This document shows, piece by piece, positions 26,897 through 35,657 of a stretch of DNA of 64,000 bases. The notes below the pieces were generated by a model. It did no database searches, had not been told where the DNA came from, and was given only the letters and a program-made list of their open reading frames with translations. Location: IMG/VR virus record IMGVR_UViG_3300037743_000091; one strand, given 5' to 3'. Made by a program: the position numbers and the translations under genes. The DNA comes from a virus. Its lineage: Duplodnaviria > Heunggongvirae > Uroviricota > Caudoviricetes. Numbering within the stretch: the first letter of the stretch is position 1; each line of letters starts with the position of its first letter.

Positions 26897-27176
26897 ACCC
26901 CGGAGGTACCGCAAGAAGCCTCTGTCTGTGATCGCCATGCAGTGGTCCGAAGAGGCCGTATTTAATGATTTGGTTCTGTTCGCTAACTACCTTATTCGGG
27001 TAGATAGCGCAGGCCCGATTCGCTATTTCGTGTATGACCGGCTGCACGATACCTGGGTCGAATTCAAGCGTGGGGATTGGATCGTCCAGGGGGTGAAGGG
27101 GGAGTTCTATCCGGTTGAAGAAGTTGTCTTCGCAGAAACGTACGAGCAAGTGGGATTCGACCCCGAGGAGTGGTAA
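26886..27176 (+). CDS. Hypothetical protein (96 aa)
   Basis: GGAGGA RBS. Confidence 0.45.
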   Translation: MTPEPRRYRKKPLSVIAMQWSEEAVFNDLVLFANYLIRVDSAGPIRYFVYDRLHDTWVEFKRGDWIVQGVKGEFYPVEEVVFAETYEQVGFDPEEW

Positions 27177-27180
27177 GCGC

Positions 27181-27453
27181 ATGAATGATTCGGAAAATCT
27201 GGTAACCCGTCCGATGCGTCGAGCACTGGACTTCCTGTATCCCCGGCCGGACGGTAGCGAGTATGAGGGCTGGGAGGTTACCAACGTGCGAGAAGTACTG
27301 CGTGCTGCACTCGCAGAGGAGCGGGACTTTCTGATAGCTCGCCTGCACTCGGAGGAGTGTCCGTACGATTCCATGATTTGTGAGTGTGACATGGACTGGT
27401 ATAGCTCACACGTGGACACCGTAATCACGCACATCCTCGGGAGTTCGGAGTGA
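27181..27453 (+). CDS. Hypothetical protein (90 aa)
   Basis: GAGGAG RBS. Cys cluster CPYDSMICECD. Confidence 0.45.
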   Translation: MNDSENLVTRPMRRALDFLYPRPDGSEYEGWEVTNVREVLRAALAEERDFLIARLHSEECPYDSMICECDMDWYSSHVDTVITHILGSSE

Positions 27454-27725
27454 GACTCAAGCTCGACCACAGGCCGACTCTTTTCATGCGTTCCCCGCTG
27501 TGCGGGACGTGCTGGGTCGATCTGGAGTACGACGCAGATGGTATGACGTGCCCGAACTGCGGTACCTACTGGGATCATGAGGACGCCGAGGACGGGGCTG
27601 AGGGGAAACTTCCAGAGGACTGGGACGACCTCCCCGGGCTTCCGATCGACGAAGACCAGGCGCGCACGATCGCACTGGAGCAGGAGCGGGAGACGTTCGC
27701 CGCGTGGAAGAGGCGTCGGGAATGA
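27450..27725 (+). CDS. Zinc-ribbon protein (91 aa)
   Basis: CGTC ... CPNCG. GTG after GGGAG. Acidic C-terminus. Confidence 0.45.
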   Translation: MRLKLDHRPTLFMRSPLCGTCWVDLEYDADGMTCPNCGTYWDHEDAEDGAEGKLPEDWDDLPGLPIDEDQARTIALEQERETFAAWKRRRE

Positions 27726-27730
27726 TGTGC

Positions 27731-27750
27731 TAATGTTACGTACGTCAGCA
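27731..27750 (+). promoter_or_regulatory. Conserved promoter core (TAATGTTACGTACGTCAGCAC) directly after a stop codon
   Basis: 22 nt upstream of GAAGGGG + ATG 27773. Confidence 0.5.
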
Positions 27751-27772
27751 CGTCCGATCGGAAGGGGTCAAG

Positions 27773-27952
27773 ATGAACAGCAGGAGATGGGTCACTGCCG
27801 GAGTCGGCCTCGCGCTGGGATACGTAGTCGTGTCCTGCGCGTTCGCCGGGCTCTGGTGGCCGCTGGGCGCCCTGGTTGCCCTGTGGGTTGCCGCGTTCGC
27901 CTGGACGAACACGAGCACGCGGGCAGTCTGGAGGCGTAACACAGGTGACTAA
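27773..27952 (+). CDS. Small membrane protein (59 aa), not in the ORF track
   Basis: Read manually: MNSRRWVTAGVGLALGYVVVSCAFAGLWWPLGALVALWVAAFAW ... Two TM helices. Promoter + RBS. Confidence 0.45.
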   Translation: MNSRRWVTAGVGLALGYVVVSCAFAGLWWPLGALVALWVAAFAWTNTSTRAVWRRNTGD

Positions 27953-27959
27953 GGGACCG

Positions 27960-28109
27960 ATGCTGCGCGGGGAATGTCCCGCGTGTGGAAGGTTCATGCC
28001 TCTCCGGAAAAACGGGAAGCTGATCATGCATTTGCCCCGGGAACTGATCAACACACCATCCGCTCCGCGTTACCAGTGCCCGGGATCGTCGAAGCCACCG
28101 AAGAAGTGA
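27960..28109 (+). CDS. Zinc-ribbon miniprotein (49 aa)
   Basis: CPACGRF ... CPGSS. AAGGGA RBS. Confidence 0.4.
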   Translation: MLRGECPACGRFMPLRKNGKLIMHLPRELINTPSAPRYQCPGSSKPPKK

Positions 28110-28148
28110 AGAGGTAGACGCCTCATTACAGGTGGGGCGTCTACCTAA

Positions 28149-28373
28149 ATGGATGAAGTTCACGAATGGAACAGGAGGGGTCCGGTGACTAGCTGGCTCC
28201 GTGGCTTCTGGTGTTGGCTTACTTCGCATGACTGGGTGGAGGTCTCCTCACCGGTGAGAGGGGGGACTCACCTGCACGTCGTGGGTGGGTGCGGTAGGTG
28301 CGGCCTTCGTCGAGAAGACACGGTGACCAACGAGGAATGGATACACGGATATCCACGAAGGGAGTGGGGATGA
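28149..28373 (+). CDS. Hypothetical protein (74 aa)
   Basis: ORF with Trp-rich N-terminus and CGRCG. Confidence 0.4.
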   Translation: MDEVHEWNRRGPVTSWLRGFWCWLTSHDWVEVSSPVRGGTHLHVVGGCGRCGLRREDTVTNEEWIHGYPRREWG

Positions 28374-28753
28374 GTAGCTTCGGCGAGGACGTGACTGACG
28401 CCATGGCGGAGGAGATGGCCCGGAAGTACTGGGGTAAGCACTGGTCTGACCTTCCCGAACCTCAGCGTGAGCCCGAGAAGAGGCGCATGGCGTCCTTCCT
28501 CCGGTTCGCTGCCCCGATGCTCGAACAGTGGGCTACGGAACTCCTGGAGAGGGAGCGCACGGGTCACACGGCGACTGCCCAGGAGCGCGACGGGTGGAAG
28601 CACCGCGCCGAAGTGGCGGAGGAAGCCCTGGCGGAGGTACAGGCCCTCGTGAATGACGGTGTACGCCATCTCCGGGGAACGACGATGGAGGGGGACATGG
28701 TGGCCGACTTCATTCCCGTGACCTCCTTGAAGAGGGCATTGGTGGCGCGATGA
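28370..28753 (+). CDS. Hypothetical protein (127 aa)
   Basis: GAAGGGAGTGGGG RBS. ATGA overlap. Confidence 0.5.
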   Translation: MSSFGEDVTDAMAEEMARKYWGKHWSDLPEPQREPEKRRMASFLRFAAPMLEQWATELLERERTGHTATAQERDGWKHRAEVAEEALAEVQALVNDGVRHLRGTTMEGDMVADFIPVTSLKRALVAR

Positions 28754-29025
28754 GCGGGTATCTGGACGACCCCACGGCCGTAGCGAAGGAGGCCCTTCGC
28801 GAGTTCGTGGGAGACGGTGAGGGTGCCGACGAGTGGGTACTCATGGCGCATGACGCTCAGGTGCGGGCGCAGGCGTTCGAAGAGGCCGCAGAGGCGTTTG
28901 ACCTCGATGTCGCCTCGGTTGCGTTCACTGCATCGGACGGTTACCAGAGTGTTGGGGTCTACACCAACGAGGAGGCGAAAGTCATCGTGAAGGCTTGGCT
29001 GAGGGAGAGGAAGGGGCCCGGGTGA
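28750..29025 (+). CDS. Hypothetical acidic protein (91 aa)
   Basis: ATGA overlap. Confidence 0.5.
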   Translation: MSGYLDDPTAVAKEALREFVGDGEGADEWVLMAHDAQVRAQAFEEAAEAFDLDVASVAFTASDGYQSVGVYTNEEAKVIVKAWLRERKGPG

Positions 29026-29312
29026 AGACTTGCACCTATCGCATTCCCTTCGGGGCCGCGTACTTCACGTGCGGGGGAGATCACACGACGGAACAGCACA
29101 ACGCCCACGTCAATGCCGCATACGTAGACGGCCTGCGGTTCGCCGCTGACATCGTGCATAAGGAGGCGCGTTGGCAGATGGAGCGGTCCATGCGGAGTAT
29201 GCAGAGGGTCGGGAAGGCGTTGGCCCTGGGTATCTCAGAGCGCATGACCGTGACGGAGAACGCCATCCGGGCTGTGATCGAGACCGTGAGTCCGAGGAAG
29301 GATGACACGTGA
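29022..29312 (+). CDS. Hypothetical protein (96 aa)
   Basis: GTGA overlap. GGAGAGGAAGGGG RBS. Confidence 0.45.
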   Translation: MKTCTYRIPFGAAYFTCGGDHTTEQHNAHVNAAYVDGLRFAADIVHKEARWQMERSMRSMQRVGKALALGISERMTVTENAIRAVIETVSPRKDDT

Positions 29313-29704
29313 GTGAGGTAGGCAAGACTCCGGTTGAGCAGGCGGGGCGGGCCGTAGCTGCTCACGCCCTGGAGACCTGGGGACTCGGCGTCCCTGTGTA
29401 TCTCTGTAAGGACGACGAGAACAATCCTCGTGGGGATTGGGACCACCCCACGACTGCCGCGCATGAAGTGGCTCAGGCAGCCGTCCTGGCCGCTGTCTCC
29501 GACCTGGAAGGCTTGGCACGGGTGTTGCTGGAGCACGCGGCAGAGATCTGGTCTTTGGGTGATGTCGAGTGTTCGTGCCGAAAGTTTGAGTCTCGAATTG
29601 ACTGGGAGTACGGGGAGACCTCAGCTCATCGTAGCCGGAACCTCGACGCCCACAGGGAGCACGTAGCCCGGGAGATCTTCTATTACCTGACAGGTAGGAG
29701 CTGA
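29309..29704 (+). CDS. Hypothetical protein (131 aa)
   Basis: GTG after GAAGGATGA. Confidence 0.5.
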   Translation: MSEVGKTPVEQAGRAVAAHALETWGLGVPVYLCKDDENNPRGDWDHPTTAAHEVAQAAVLAAVSDLEGLARVLLEHAAEIWSLGDVECSCRKFESRIDWEYGETSAHRSRNLDAHREHVAREIFYYLTGRS

Positions 29705-29723
29705 AATTAATCCTCAAGAGGCG

Positions 29724-29882
29724 ATGCACCAGGTAGCAGATGAACTTGCACGCCTTCGTGAAATGGCCGATGGGTTCCGCGCTCAAATGATAGAGAACGG
29801 GTGGAGTAAGGAGTTCTCTCAGGAAGTCTCGGCTCATCTCCTCAAGGAAATGATTTTGAAATCATTTGACAGAGGGAAATGA
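29724..29882 (+). CDS. Small protein (52 aa) in a locally AT-richer segment, not in the ORF track
   Basis: Read manually: MHQVADELARLREMADGFRAQMIENGWSKEFSQEVSAHLLKEMILKSFDRGK. AAGAGG RBS. Confidence 0.35.
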   Translation: MHQVADELARLREMADGFRAQMIENGWSKEFSQEVSAHLLKEMILKSFDRGK

Positions 29883-29896
29883 AGGGAGGAGTGGCT

Positions 29897-30079
29897 ATGA
29901 ATAGCGACGCAGATACGGAATACGCAAGGGCCCTTCAAGCGTGGATTTCAGCTAATAAGCGATTGTCCGATGCGCGTAAGCGACAGGCTGCACGGAACTT
30001 GCGTGCGTTGGCCGCTTTCACTGAGTCCGTGGCAGGCGCAATCGAAGGAGTCGATAATGCAGAGCTTTCTCCACGCTGA
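29897..30079 (+). CDS. Hypothetical protein (60 aa)
   Basis: GAAGGGAGGAG RBS. Alternative ATG 29879 overlaps the upstream stop. Confidence 0.4.
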   Translation: MNSDADTEYARALQAWISANKRLSDARKRQAARNLRALAAFTESVAGAIEGVDNAELSPR

Positions 30080-30479
30080 GGCGTCGGTGCGTAAGTTCGG
30101 TGGATCAGTGGCCGACTACCTTCCCATTCATGAGTTCATCGACGAGAGCAAGAAGTGGGTCGGGGACGTACGGCATCGGGCTATGCGTCATCACACGGCA
30201 GGTCCGTGGATGGCGCAGGAGAAGTTCGGGGTCGCGATCGAGATTCACAACGAGGACGGAACGCCGATCCTCAACAAGCACGGCAGACCCAAGCGGGTAA
30301 TCGTGCGGGACATCGCAGAGAACCACATCGTGGAAGACCTCGGTTGGATTCCCTCTCCGGCGGATTGGCTCTCCTGCATGGAGTGCAAAACGTGGATGGG
30401 CGGGAAGAGAAATAAGGTCATGAGCCGGGCGGGCGTTGCCCGGAAGTTCGCGGAATCGCAGAAGGAGAACAACGCATGA
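30057..30479 (+). CDS. Hypothetical protein (140 aa)
   Basis: AAGGAG RBS. Confidence 0.5.
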   Translation: MQSFLHAEASVRKFGGSVADYLPIHEFIDESKKWVGDVRHRAMRHHTAGPWMAQEKFGVAIEIHNEDGTPILNKHGRPKRVIVRDIAENHIVEDLGWIPSPADWLSCMECKTWMGGKRNKVMSRAGVARKFAESQKENNA

Positions 30480-30976
30480 ACGAGCAGCGCAGCATCTCGG
30501 GTCGTCCGATCACGGGAAACGTCGAGCACTACACGAGCCCTCGCGGTCCCCAGGGAACGGCTGAGGAGTTCCTGGCGGAGGTGGATCAAGCCTTCGCCAC
30601 GGTTCCCGGTCTCCTGCGGATTCGGTGGCACCAGTACACGCCGTACTTCAACGACGGAGAGCCCTGTGTCTTCGAGATCCACGGCGTCTACTTCGAGCTT
30701 GAGTGGACTACGGGCGACGAGTACGGGGACTACGAGGATGGCTTCGTGGATGAGTGGGACCTCTACACCCGGGACTATTCGCAACCCGGTAAGAGCCAAC
30801 CCGTGTACAAGGTGGACGGACGCGACACGGAGGCCGAGTACACGGCGGTCAAGGCAGCAATGACGGGCCTGGCCTCTGGTCGGTACCACGACGTGGTGCA
30901 GGAGGCGTTCGGCGACCCGGCGAAGGTGACAGCCTCTCGTGACGGTTTCGACGTGGAGTTCTACGAGCACGACTAA
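30476..30976 (+). CDS. Hypothetical protein (166 aa)
   Basis: ATGA overlap. Confidence 0.5.
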   Translation: MNEQRSISGRPITGNVEHYTSPRGPQGTAEEFLAEVDQAFATVPGLLRIRWHQYTPYFNDGEPCVFEIHGVYFELEWTTGDEYGDYEDGFVDEWDLYTRDYSQPGKSQPVYKVDGRDTEAEYTAVKAAMTGLASGRYHDVVQEAFGDPAKVTASRDGFDVEFYEHD

Positions 30977-30991
30977 GGGAGGAGGTGCCCC

Positions 30992-31567
30992 GTGATGTGG
31001 AAACAGGTACTCGTGTGCGTGGTTTTCGCCGTGACCGTTCCGTCTCCGGAACCGTCATCCGTACCCACGGAAACACCGGTTCCTGAGCCGAGCGTGACAT
31101 CTCCGGCACCCGTGACACCTAGCGTGACCCCTGATCCGGACCCCACACCGACTCTCACGGAGGTACCCGAACCTAGCCCGACAGCACCCAGTTCTCCTCC
31201 GGTTCCGGAACCCGTGCCTCGTGTGACGCCAACCACGGAACCGACTTCGGACCCGTCGCCTACAGGGCGGGTATCCGAGTCTCCGAACCCGGCCCCCTCG
31301 GAACCCGTGACGGTAGGGAGGAAACCTTCGGCATCTCCCGAGCCCACTGTTACAGGGGGCTCACCGACGAAGGTCGAGGAAGTGTGTTCCTCCCCTTCCC
31401 CGGAGTGCTTTACAGGATCAGAGATTACTTCGGGTTACTCCGAGTTCGTGGGGGAAGTCCTGGAATTCCTTCTGGGAGTTACGTTGGCCGGGGGCCTCGT
31501 ATGGCTTTGGTACCGGAAAAACCGTACGGCTGTATACAACTGGCTCCGTGAACCTAAGCACTCATAA
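30992..31567 (+). CDS. Pro/Thr/Ser/Glu-rich membrane-anchored protein (signal peptide + C-terminal TM)
   Basis: N-terminal hydrophobic leader. About 130 aa low-complexity PEPS/PTPT repeats. C-terminal TM (LEFLLGVTLAGGLVWLWY) followed by RKNR. GGAGGAGG RBS. Confidence 0.5.
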   Translation: MMWKQVLVCVVFAVTVPSPEPSSVPTETPVPEPSVTSPAPVTPSVTPDPDPTPTLTEVPEPSPTAPSSPPVPEPVPRVTPTTEPTSDPSPTGRVSESPNPAPSEPVTVGRKPSASPEPTVTGGSPTKVEEVCSSPSPECFTGSEITSGYSEFVGEVLEFLLGVTLAGGLVWLWYRKNRTAVYNWLREPKHS

Positions 31568-31576
31568 GGAGGGTGA

Positions 31577-32485
31577 ATGAATCAGGAGCGTAAGAATGTC
31601 TCTATCGGGGACGAGGAGATCGCTCGACGGAACGAGATCCTTCGTACAAGAGCGGGCTCCGAAGTATTCGGAATGGCCCTTCCTGGTACAAGCGATCAGG
31701 ACGAGATGGGTGTCTACGTCGAGACGCAGGAACAGCTTCTTGGGCTGGCCCCGTCCTCGGAGCACTACACCTTCCGTACTCAGCCGGAAGGTATGCGCTC
31801 AGGGCCGGGAGATACTGATCTGACCCTGTACTCGTTGCGTAAGTACATGCGCCTCGCGTGTGCCGGGAATCCTACGGTCCTGACGCCGTTGTTCGTGGAG
31901 CCCCAGCACGTCCTTTCTGGGACGGTGGTCGGGGGTGCTCTGCGGAACCTCGCGCCGTTCATCGTTTCCCGGCGGGCTGGGTGGCGGTTTCTCGGGTACC
32001 TGGAGAGTCAGCGTGAGCGCATGGTCGGCGGCGGTCGGCAGAGCCGAGTCCCCAAGCGTCCGGAGTTGATCGAGAAGCACGGGTATGACACCAAGTACGC
32101 CAGTCACGCCTTGCGTCTCGGACTCCAGGGAATCCAGTTGGTGTCCAGAGGCTACCTGCCGCTGCCCATGGATGAAGAGTTCTTGGAAACGTGCATGGAG
32201 GTTAAGCGCGGGGAGGTGGATTTCACCGAAGCATTGAGACGCGTGGATGTAGCACGTGAACGACTGCGGGAATGCATAGAAAACGGCACATCCCCTCTCC
32301 CGCCACAACCCAACATGCAGTACATCAATGCGTGGATGGTTCAGGCACATAAGGAGCATTGGCGGGTCGAAAGAATGGCTCGGTACATGAAGGCAGACTC
32401 CACATATCAGTCAATCCTCTTTCGTGAAGCCGCTGCGACGACTCGACTAGACCGGGACGAAACATTCAGTCTCGGTCCCCAGTAA
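31577..32485 (+). CDS. Pol-beta-superfamily nucleotidyltransferase
   Basis: GS-x9-D-x-D signature (RAGSEVFGMALPGTSDQDEMGVYVE). 302 aa. Confidence 0.55.
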   Translation: MNQERKNVSIGDEEIARRNEILRTRAGSEVFGMALPGTSDQDEMGVYVETQEQLLGLAPSSEHYTFRTQPEGMRSGPGDTDLTLYSLRKYMRLACAGNPTVLTPLFVEPQHVLSGTVVGGALRNLAPFIVSRRAGWRFLGYLESQRERMVGGGRQSRVPKRPELIEKHGYDTKYASHALRLGLQGIQLVSRGYLPLPMDEEFLETCMEVKRGEVDFTEALRRVDVARERLRECIENGTSPLPPQPNMQYINAWMVQAHKEHWRVERMARYMKADSTYQSILFREAAATTRLDRDETFSLGPQ

Positions 32486-32499
32486 TCAAGGAGAACAAG

Positions 32500-32988
32500 A
32501 TGGAAGAGATCAAGATCGGAGACCGGGTCGCGGCTGCCGTGAAGCACCGCAACTCCTCCGCTCTGCGTAAGGGCACTGTGGAGAAGATCCATCCGAGGAC
32601 CCAGGCAAGCCCCCTCCGGTTCACGATCCGGGAGGATAACGGCCTCTGTACGGTCGTTGCGGCTTCACGAACGGTCGCTATCGAGCGCGATCGTCACCAC
32701 ACGATGGATGAGCTGTACTACTACAGGGGGTTGTACAACGCGTACGCAACGCAGGCGTGGCTGGCCTCTGGCTTCGAGGTCGTGAAGTCGTGGCTGCACG
32801 ATGACGGGACGATGTTCGACAACATGTTCATCGTGACCGCCCATCTCTTCACGGGACAGGTGTCCAACCACTACCTGTCGGACCTGTGGGACCTGTTCGA
32901 CGTACCGGAGGTTGAGAAGGCACCGCCGTGGGATGGGCACGACCCGAAGATCGCGGCACGGCGACTCCGGGATGGACTGAACCGGTGA
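32500..32988 (+). CDS. Hypothetical protein (162 aa)
   Basis: CAAGGAG RBS. Confidence 0.5.
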   Translation: MEEIKIGDRVAAAVKHRNSSALRKGTVEKIHPRTQASPLRFTIREDNGLCTVVAASRTVAIERDRHHTMDELYYYRGLYNAYATQAWLASGFEVVKSWLHDDGTMFDNMFIVTAHLFTGQVSNHYLSDLWDLFDVPEVEKAPPWDGHDPKIAARRLRDGLNR

Positions 32989-33185
32989 GCGTGGCTCAGC
33001 CTGTAGGGCCGTGCGCCGCTGATGGGTGCGGCGCACGGTTCGAGCCGGGCGATTACTGGGTTTATCACTCCAGGTTGAATGCCTACGTGCATTCGATCTG
33101 CTCAACTACTCGGACCGTTAAGGGCGAGGACATTCAGGGACACACAATTACCTGCGGACAGATTCCTGAGGAGAACGAAGAATGA
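32985..33185 (+). CDS. Cys/His-rich small protein (66 aa)
   Basis: GTGA overlap. CAADGCGARF ... HSIC. Confidence 0.4.
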   Translation: MSVAQPVGPCAADGCGARFEPGDYWVYHSRLNAYVHSICSTTRTVKGEDIQGHTITCGQIPEENEE

Positions 33186-34798
33186 GAACGTGGAAGAACC
33201 TGTCGAACGCGGCTGAACCGCGTGAGGGGGATCGCGTCACCCTTGAGCAGGGGGATAGGCTCGCCCGATTCGTCGTGGACCACATCGATCCGAACGGGTT
33301 TCTGTGGGACGGTCAGGATGAGATGCAGAGCGCGGCGTATGAAGTGCTTCCCCGACTCCCTATGGAGAAGGACGGATTCCTGATCGTTCACGACCCTTAC
33401 GCCTGGGGCGTGATGCAGATTGAGCGCCTGGAGTCTGAGGTGAAGCCTGGCACGATCGGGGTCGCGACCGTGCGAGGTGTCAAGAACGTGCGGGTAGTGC
33501 GCACATATCATGACACGGTGCCCTGGTTTAGTCCGTCCTCGCGTATTGAAAAGAGCCGGTGGTATGCCGAGGAATCGGTTACCGATTTCGTCCCCGACGA
33601 CGCCGAGGCGCTGCGGCGGGAGGTCGGTCTCCTGACCCACAAGCTGGACAAGTTGCAGCAGGCGCACGACATCATCGCGAAGGATCGTGACGCGCACCTC
33701 CAGGCCGTGGCGCGTGTGGCCGAGGAGAGGAACGAGGCCCGGCGCGAGGCCAAGCGGCTCGGCAAGGCGTTCGACGACCTGACCGAGCAGTGGCGTGCCC
33801 AGAACGCCGCGATCAACGACGCCGGGCAGTACCTGATCCCGGTCGATCGGGCGAGTGAAGGTCTCGCAGGCGATGCCCGGGCGCTGCGGGCTGAGGTCGA
33901 GCGCCTGACCGCCGTGCTGGCGGAAAAGGAGCAGGCGCTCGACGGCGTCTATGGCCGCCTGGACCGGATGCAGCAACGCGCCGAACAGGCAGAGGCCGAG
34001 ACCGAGCGCGTGGGCCGCCGTTACGCGGAGCAGGCGCAGAAGTTCGAGAGCCTCGACGCGCTCGTCAACGGTCAGCAGATCAAGATCCAGACCCTGGAGA
34101 ACATCCGCGACGCTCTCCGCGAGGAAATCAAGGCTCTGCGCGCCACCCGCACGCTGCCGACGCGGGAGCGGCGGGAGCAGGTGGTGGACCTGCTGATCGC
34201 GTTCAGCAACGACCGCGCGGACGAGTGGGACACGGCGGACAAGATCATTGCCCTCTTCGAGCAGGACGGCGCGTCCTCGGGGGACCTTCTCCCCGTAGTA
34301 GAGAATCTGGTCCGAGAGTGTCAGCAGAAGAACGCCGACTGCGAGCGTTACGCACAGGCTCTTTCCGAGGCGGAAAGAGAGCGCAACGTGCTCCGCCGTG
34401 AGCGTGACGAGATGCGTCAGGAGCGGGACTCAGCGGAGCGGGCTGCCAACGCGGCCGAGGCCCGTACCCGTATCGCTGAGCGAGAGGTTGACCGCCTCCG
34501 CAAGAAGGTTCTTCCCAAGGATCTGACCGCGTGCGCGTGTCACACTCACGCACAGGACGCCGGAGCTGGATTCACGGAGTACACCGTGGAGTACGAGCCC
34601 GCGTGTCCGATTCACTCGACGCATGTCTACAACCCGCGCACGGGCCAGTGGAGAAGCCTGCCCGATCAGGTGGCCCTTGCCAAGGCCATCGGAGACGGTC
34701 AGCGTGAGGTTCCCGGTAGCGGTACTTTCTTGAAGGAGATCAAGCCGGAGTACGCCGCGAACCGTGTTATTCACCTGCTTAAGATGTGGGGCCTCTGA
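33182..34798 (+). CDS. Large coiled-coil protein with C-terminal Cys/His cluster
   Basis: 538 aa. About 300 aa of heptad-like Ala/Glu/Arg/Leu-rich sequence, then CACHTH ... PACPIHSTH. ATGA overlap. GAGGAGAACGAAGA RBS. Confidence 0.55.
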   Translation: MRTWKNLSNAAEPREGDRVTLEQGDRLARFVVDHIDPNGFLWDGQDEMQSAAYEVLPRLPMEKDGFLIVHDPYAWGVMQIERLESEVKPGTIGVATVRGVKNVRVVRTYHDTVPWFSPSSRIEKSRWYAEESVTDFVPDDAEALRREVGLLTHKLDKLQQAHDIIAKDRDAHLQAVARVAEERNEARREAKRLGKAFDDLTEQWRAQNAAINDAGQYLIPVDRASEGLAGDARALRAEVERLTAVLAEKEQALDGVYGRLDRMQQRAEQAEAETERVGRRYAEQAQKFESLDALVNGQQIKIQTLENIRDALREEIKALRATRTLPTRERREQVVDLLIAFSNDRADEWDTADKIIALFEQDGASSGDLLPVVENLVRECQQKNADCERYAQALSEAERERNVLRRERDEMRQERDSAERAANAAEARTRIAEREVDRLRKKVLPKDLTACACHTHAQDAGAGFTEYTVEYEPACPIHSTHVYNPRTGQWRSLPDQVALAKAIGDGQREVPGSGTFLKEIKPEYAANRVIHLLKMWGL

Positions 34799-35049
34799 TG
34801 GACCAGGATAAGAACCTGGTCGGGTACAACGTCGAATACCGTTATGAAGACCTGGTATTTACACGAACTGAGACCAGGGAGTATCACGTAGGGTTCGTGA
34901 TCTATATTTCGAACCTGGACAAGTGGCGCGCCAAGTTTCGGGATGACCCTCATGAAGCGCCATCAACGGTGTTCGACTCCGTGGACGAGGCTCGCTCTTA
35001 CCTGATTCAGCGATACGAACAGACGGTATTCGGAAAGAAGGTTGAGTAA
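34798..35049 (+). CDS. Hypothetical protein (83 aa)
   Basis: TGATG overlap. Confidence 0.45.
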   Translation: MDQDKNLVGYNVEYRYEDLVFTRTETREYHVGFVIYISNLDKWRAKFRDDPHEAPSTVFDSVDEARSYLIQRYEQTVFGKKVE

Positions 35050-35262
35050 ATGGAACAGGACCACTACCTGATGCGCTACTTCGACACGTCGAGGCGCACT
35101 CAGAACACGAACATCCGGGACGTAGCACGCAAGTTCGAGGAACTGGTCGCGTTCCTGAACGACTTCCTGCCGGAGGGCTCAGAAAAGTCCTTCGCCATGC
35201 GACAAGTTCTCCTCGCCAAGGACGCCGGGTGCCGCTCCGCTCTCGATCTCCCGGAGGGATGA
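35050..35262 (+). CDS. Hypothetical protein (70 aa)
   Basis: AAGAAGG RBS. Confidence 0.45.
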   Translation: MEQDHYLMRYFDTSRRTQNTNIRDVARKFEELVAFLNDFLPEGSEKSFAMRQVLLAKDAGCRSALDLPEG

Positions 35263-35420
35263 CCATGGGGCTGTTCGATAAGAAGCCTGTTCCTGAGTCC
35301 GACGATCCTGAGCGACCCCCGAAGGGTCCGGCTAGCGTGAGCCGCAAAAGGGAGGATCAGGACAAGGAGACCCCGGAGGTTCGGATCACTACGACGTACG
35401 AAATCTGGGGTACCCGATGA
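35259..35420 (+). CDS. Hypothetical protein (53 aa)
   Basis: ATGA overlap. CCGGAGGG RBS. Confidence 0.35.
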   Translation: MTMGLFDKKPVPESDDPERPPKGPASVSRKREDQDKETPEVRITTTYEIWGTR

Positions 35421-35435
35421 TGAGGGAGAAGTGAC

Positions 35436-35657
35436 ATGTGTGGTGACTGCTTCAACGGAGGACAGTGTGCCCAGTGTCGGAGTGATTCCGACACGGTCGT
35501 CACGACGCGGGAGGCCCTGGGTGGTGCGCTCAGGGACGCGGTGTCGTATATGGACTACGACCTCTACAAGTCCCTGGAAACCCCGGAAAACGGCGAAGAG
35601 GGAATGACGTTCGCTGAGGTGCTGGACCGCTTCGTGAAGAACCTGGAGGATCAGTGA
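35436..35657 (+). CDS. Cys-rich small protein (73 aa)
   Basis: MCGDCFNGGQCAQC. GGGAGAAG RBS. Confidence 0.4.
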   Translation: MCGDCFNGGQCAQCRSDSDTVVTTREALGGALRDAVSYMDYDLYKSLETPENGEEGMTFAEVLDRFVKNLEDQ

